From assembly GCA_051294905.1 (NCBI GenBank), contig CM119378.1:3660001-3724000 (forward strand): a stretch of 64,000 nucleotides of DNA. The letters run 5' to 3'. Both the position numbers and the translations under genes were made by a program. This document shows, one piece after another, positions 62,691 through 64,000 of this stretch (the first letter of the stretch is position 1; each line of letters starts with the position of its first letter). The stretch is from Botryllus schlosseri. Its lineage: Eukaryota. The notes under the pieces were generated by a model that was given only the letters and a program-made list of their open reading frames with translations, searched no databases and was not told where the DNA came from.

Positions 62691-64000
62691 CAGTGGCGGC
62701 TCGTCCTATAGGGCAACTGGGGCATTGCCCCACCTAAAATTCTGTTCAATAACAATTCTTTACCATTTATAGACGCACAACAATCTATATATACCGAAAT
62801 CACAGCGAAAATCGTATTCTTCTTGTCCTTTCGCTTGTAAATGCCCATATATAGCGAAGTCTCTGCGAAAATCGAATTCTATCTGTGTTTTCGCTTTGCG
62901 AATGCCTAGCCGGGGCATGCCCCGGTAGCGCTCATAACAAGCTTTCACTGTCTATTCTCTCAAAGCCGCGCACAATAAAGAAACGGTGATTTACTCTCTC
63001 CTATTCATAAAATTACCGAGCAACCGGGGCTCAATAGGTCTGTGCCCCTAAGGTGTGATGTAACAATCGTATCTATAGCTGAACTCGGTTACCTGTCATA
63101 TGCGTTTAATCGACCTTTGCTGGTATAGGTCGATTTTGATGGTGTTTCACACCATGAAAACTCTTGAAACTTGGTATGTCATGTCGTGATGGTGGTATTT
63201 AACATTGCTCCAAGTTTCAGGGTTTCTACTTAAAGTTTAGGGTAGTAATTCCGTTTCCGAAGTTGAGTGTGTGCTGATCCGTCATGTATCGCAAACAGAT
63301 TTTACTCGAAAGCCGGTATTGGTATCCATTGATTTTGAGGATGTTCCATACTGAGATCGGTAATGACATTTGGCACGGTAAGTCTTAATGTTGGTATCGA
63401 ACGCTGTACCAATTTTTAAGTTTGTCACTGAACTATGTTAGTGGTAATTTCGTTTCCTAAGTCGAGTGAGAGCTGACTCGTCATTTATCGCTAACAGATT
63501 TTACGCAAAGCCGGTATTGGTCTCTATTGATTTTAACGATGCTCCTTGCCTAGATCTGTCATGAGCTTTTGCACGGTGTGTTTTGATTTTAGTATCGAAC
63601 GCTGTGCCAAGTCTCAAGGTTGACACTCAATGATTAGGGCAGTAATTTCGTTATCAAGGTCGAATATGGTAGATATGTGCTCTGATCTGACACTTTAGCC
63701 TACAACGCATTGCGGATTTCACGCAAAAGCCGGTGTATCTGTGGTAACGTTAACTGTGTTCCATACTGAGATAGGTGACGAGATGATGATATCATTCTCA
63801 TTTGCATTCAAATATTTACTTTGATATTATATTCTACAATGTCAATTTCACCGTGAAATTGTGGCCTTCAAGCCATTTGCTTACAACCCCCTGTCAAGCG
63901 CGATAGCTATTTCGTTTTCGATGTCGGCTAACAGCTGATCACTTGATCAGCCTATTCCTCAGTAAATTTTACGCAAAATTCGGTCTGTTCGCATTAATTT
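62691..64000 (+). mobile_element. Second copy (5' end) of the ZMYM1-like hAT element, runs off window
   Basis: Reverse-complement similarity to 9590-10718 starting at TIR CAGTGGCGGCTCGTCCTATAGGG. Confidence 0.9.

Overview
Repeat-dense animal genomic DNA. An invertebrate, plausibly an ascidian, is my inference from the ~60-nt introns and the transposon repertoire, not a proven assignment. Two intron-containing genes were rebuilt by hand with consistent splice phases, arranged head-to-head. One is an 11-exon MFSD4/NAGLT1-like MFS transporter (minus strand, 33658->18460, ~481 aa). The other is a 10-exon, highly divergent TGF-beta superfamily ligand precursor (plus strand, 38513->52343, ~436 aa) with signal peptide, furin sites and a 7-Cys knot plus one extra Cys. 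The first 17 kb and last 11 kb are nested transposon debris: Harbinger, Gypsy, several hAT elements, Penelope-like elements, EnSpm/CACTG-type, foldback-like and tRNA-SINEs. The Penelope pLTRs carry minimal hammerhead ribozyme motifs with a conserved leader/loop-II pseudoknot candidate and a U3-A8 core variant. A family of ~620-bp fully palindromic hAT MITEs sits in introns of both genes. A 28S rRNA fragment is embedded in a hAT element, and a foldback element has satellite-built arms.
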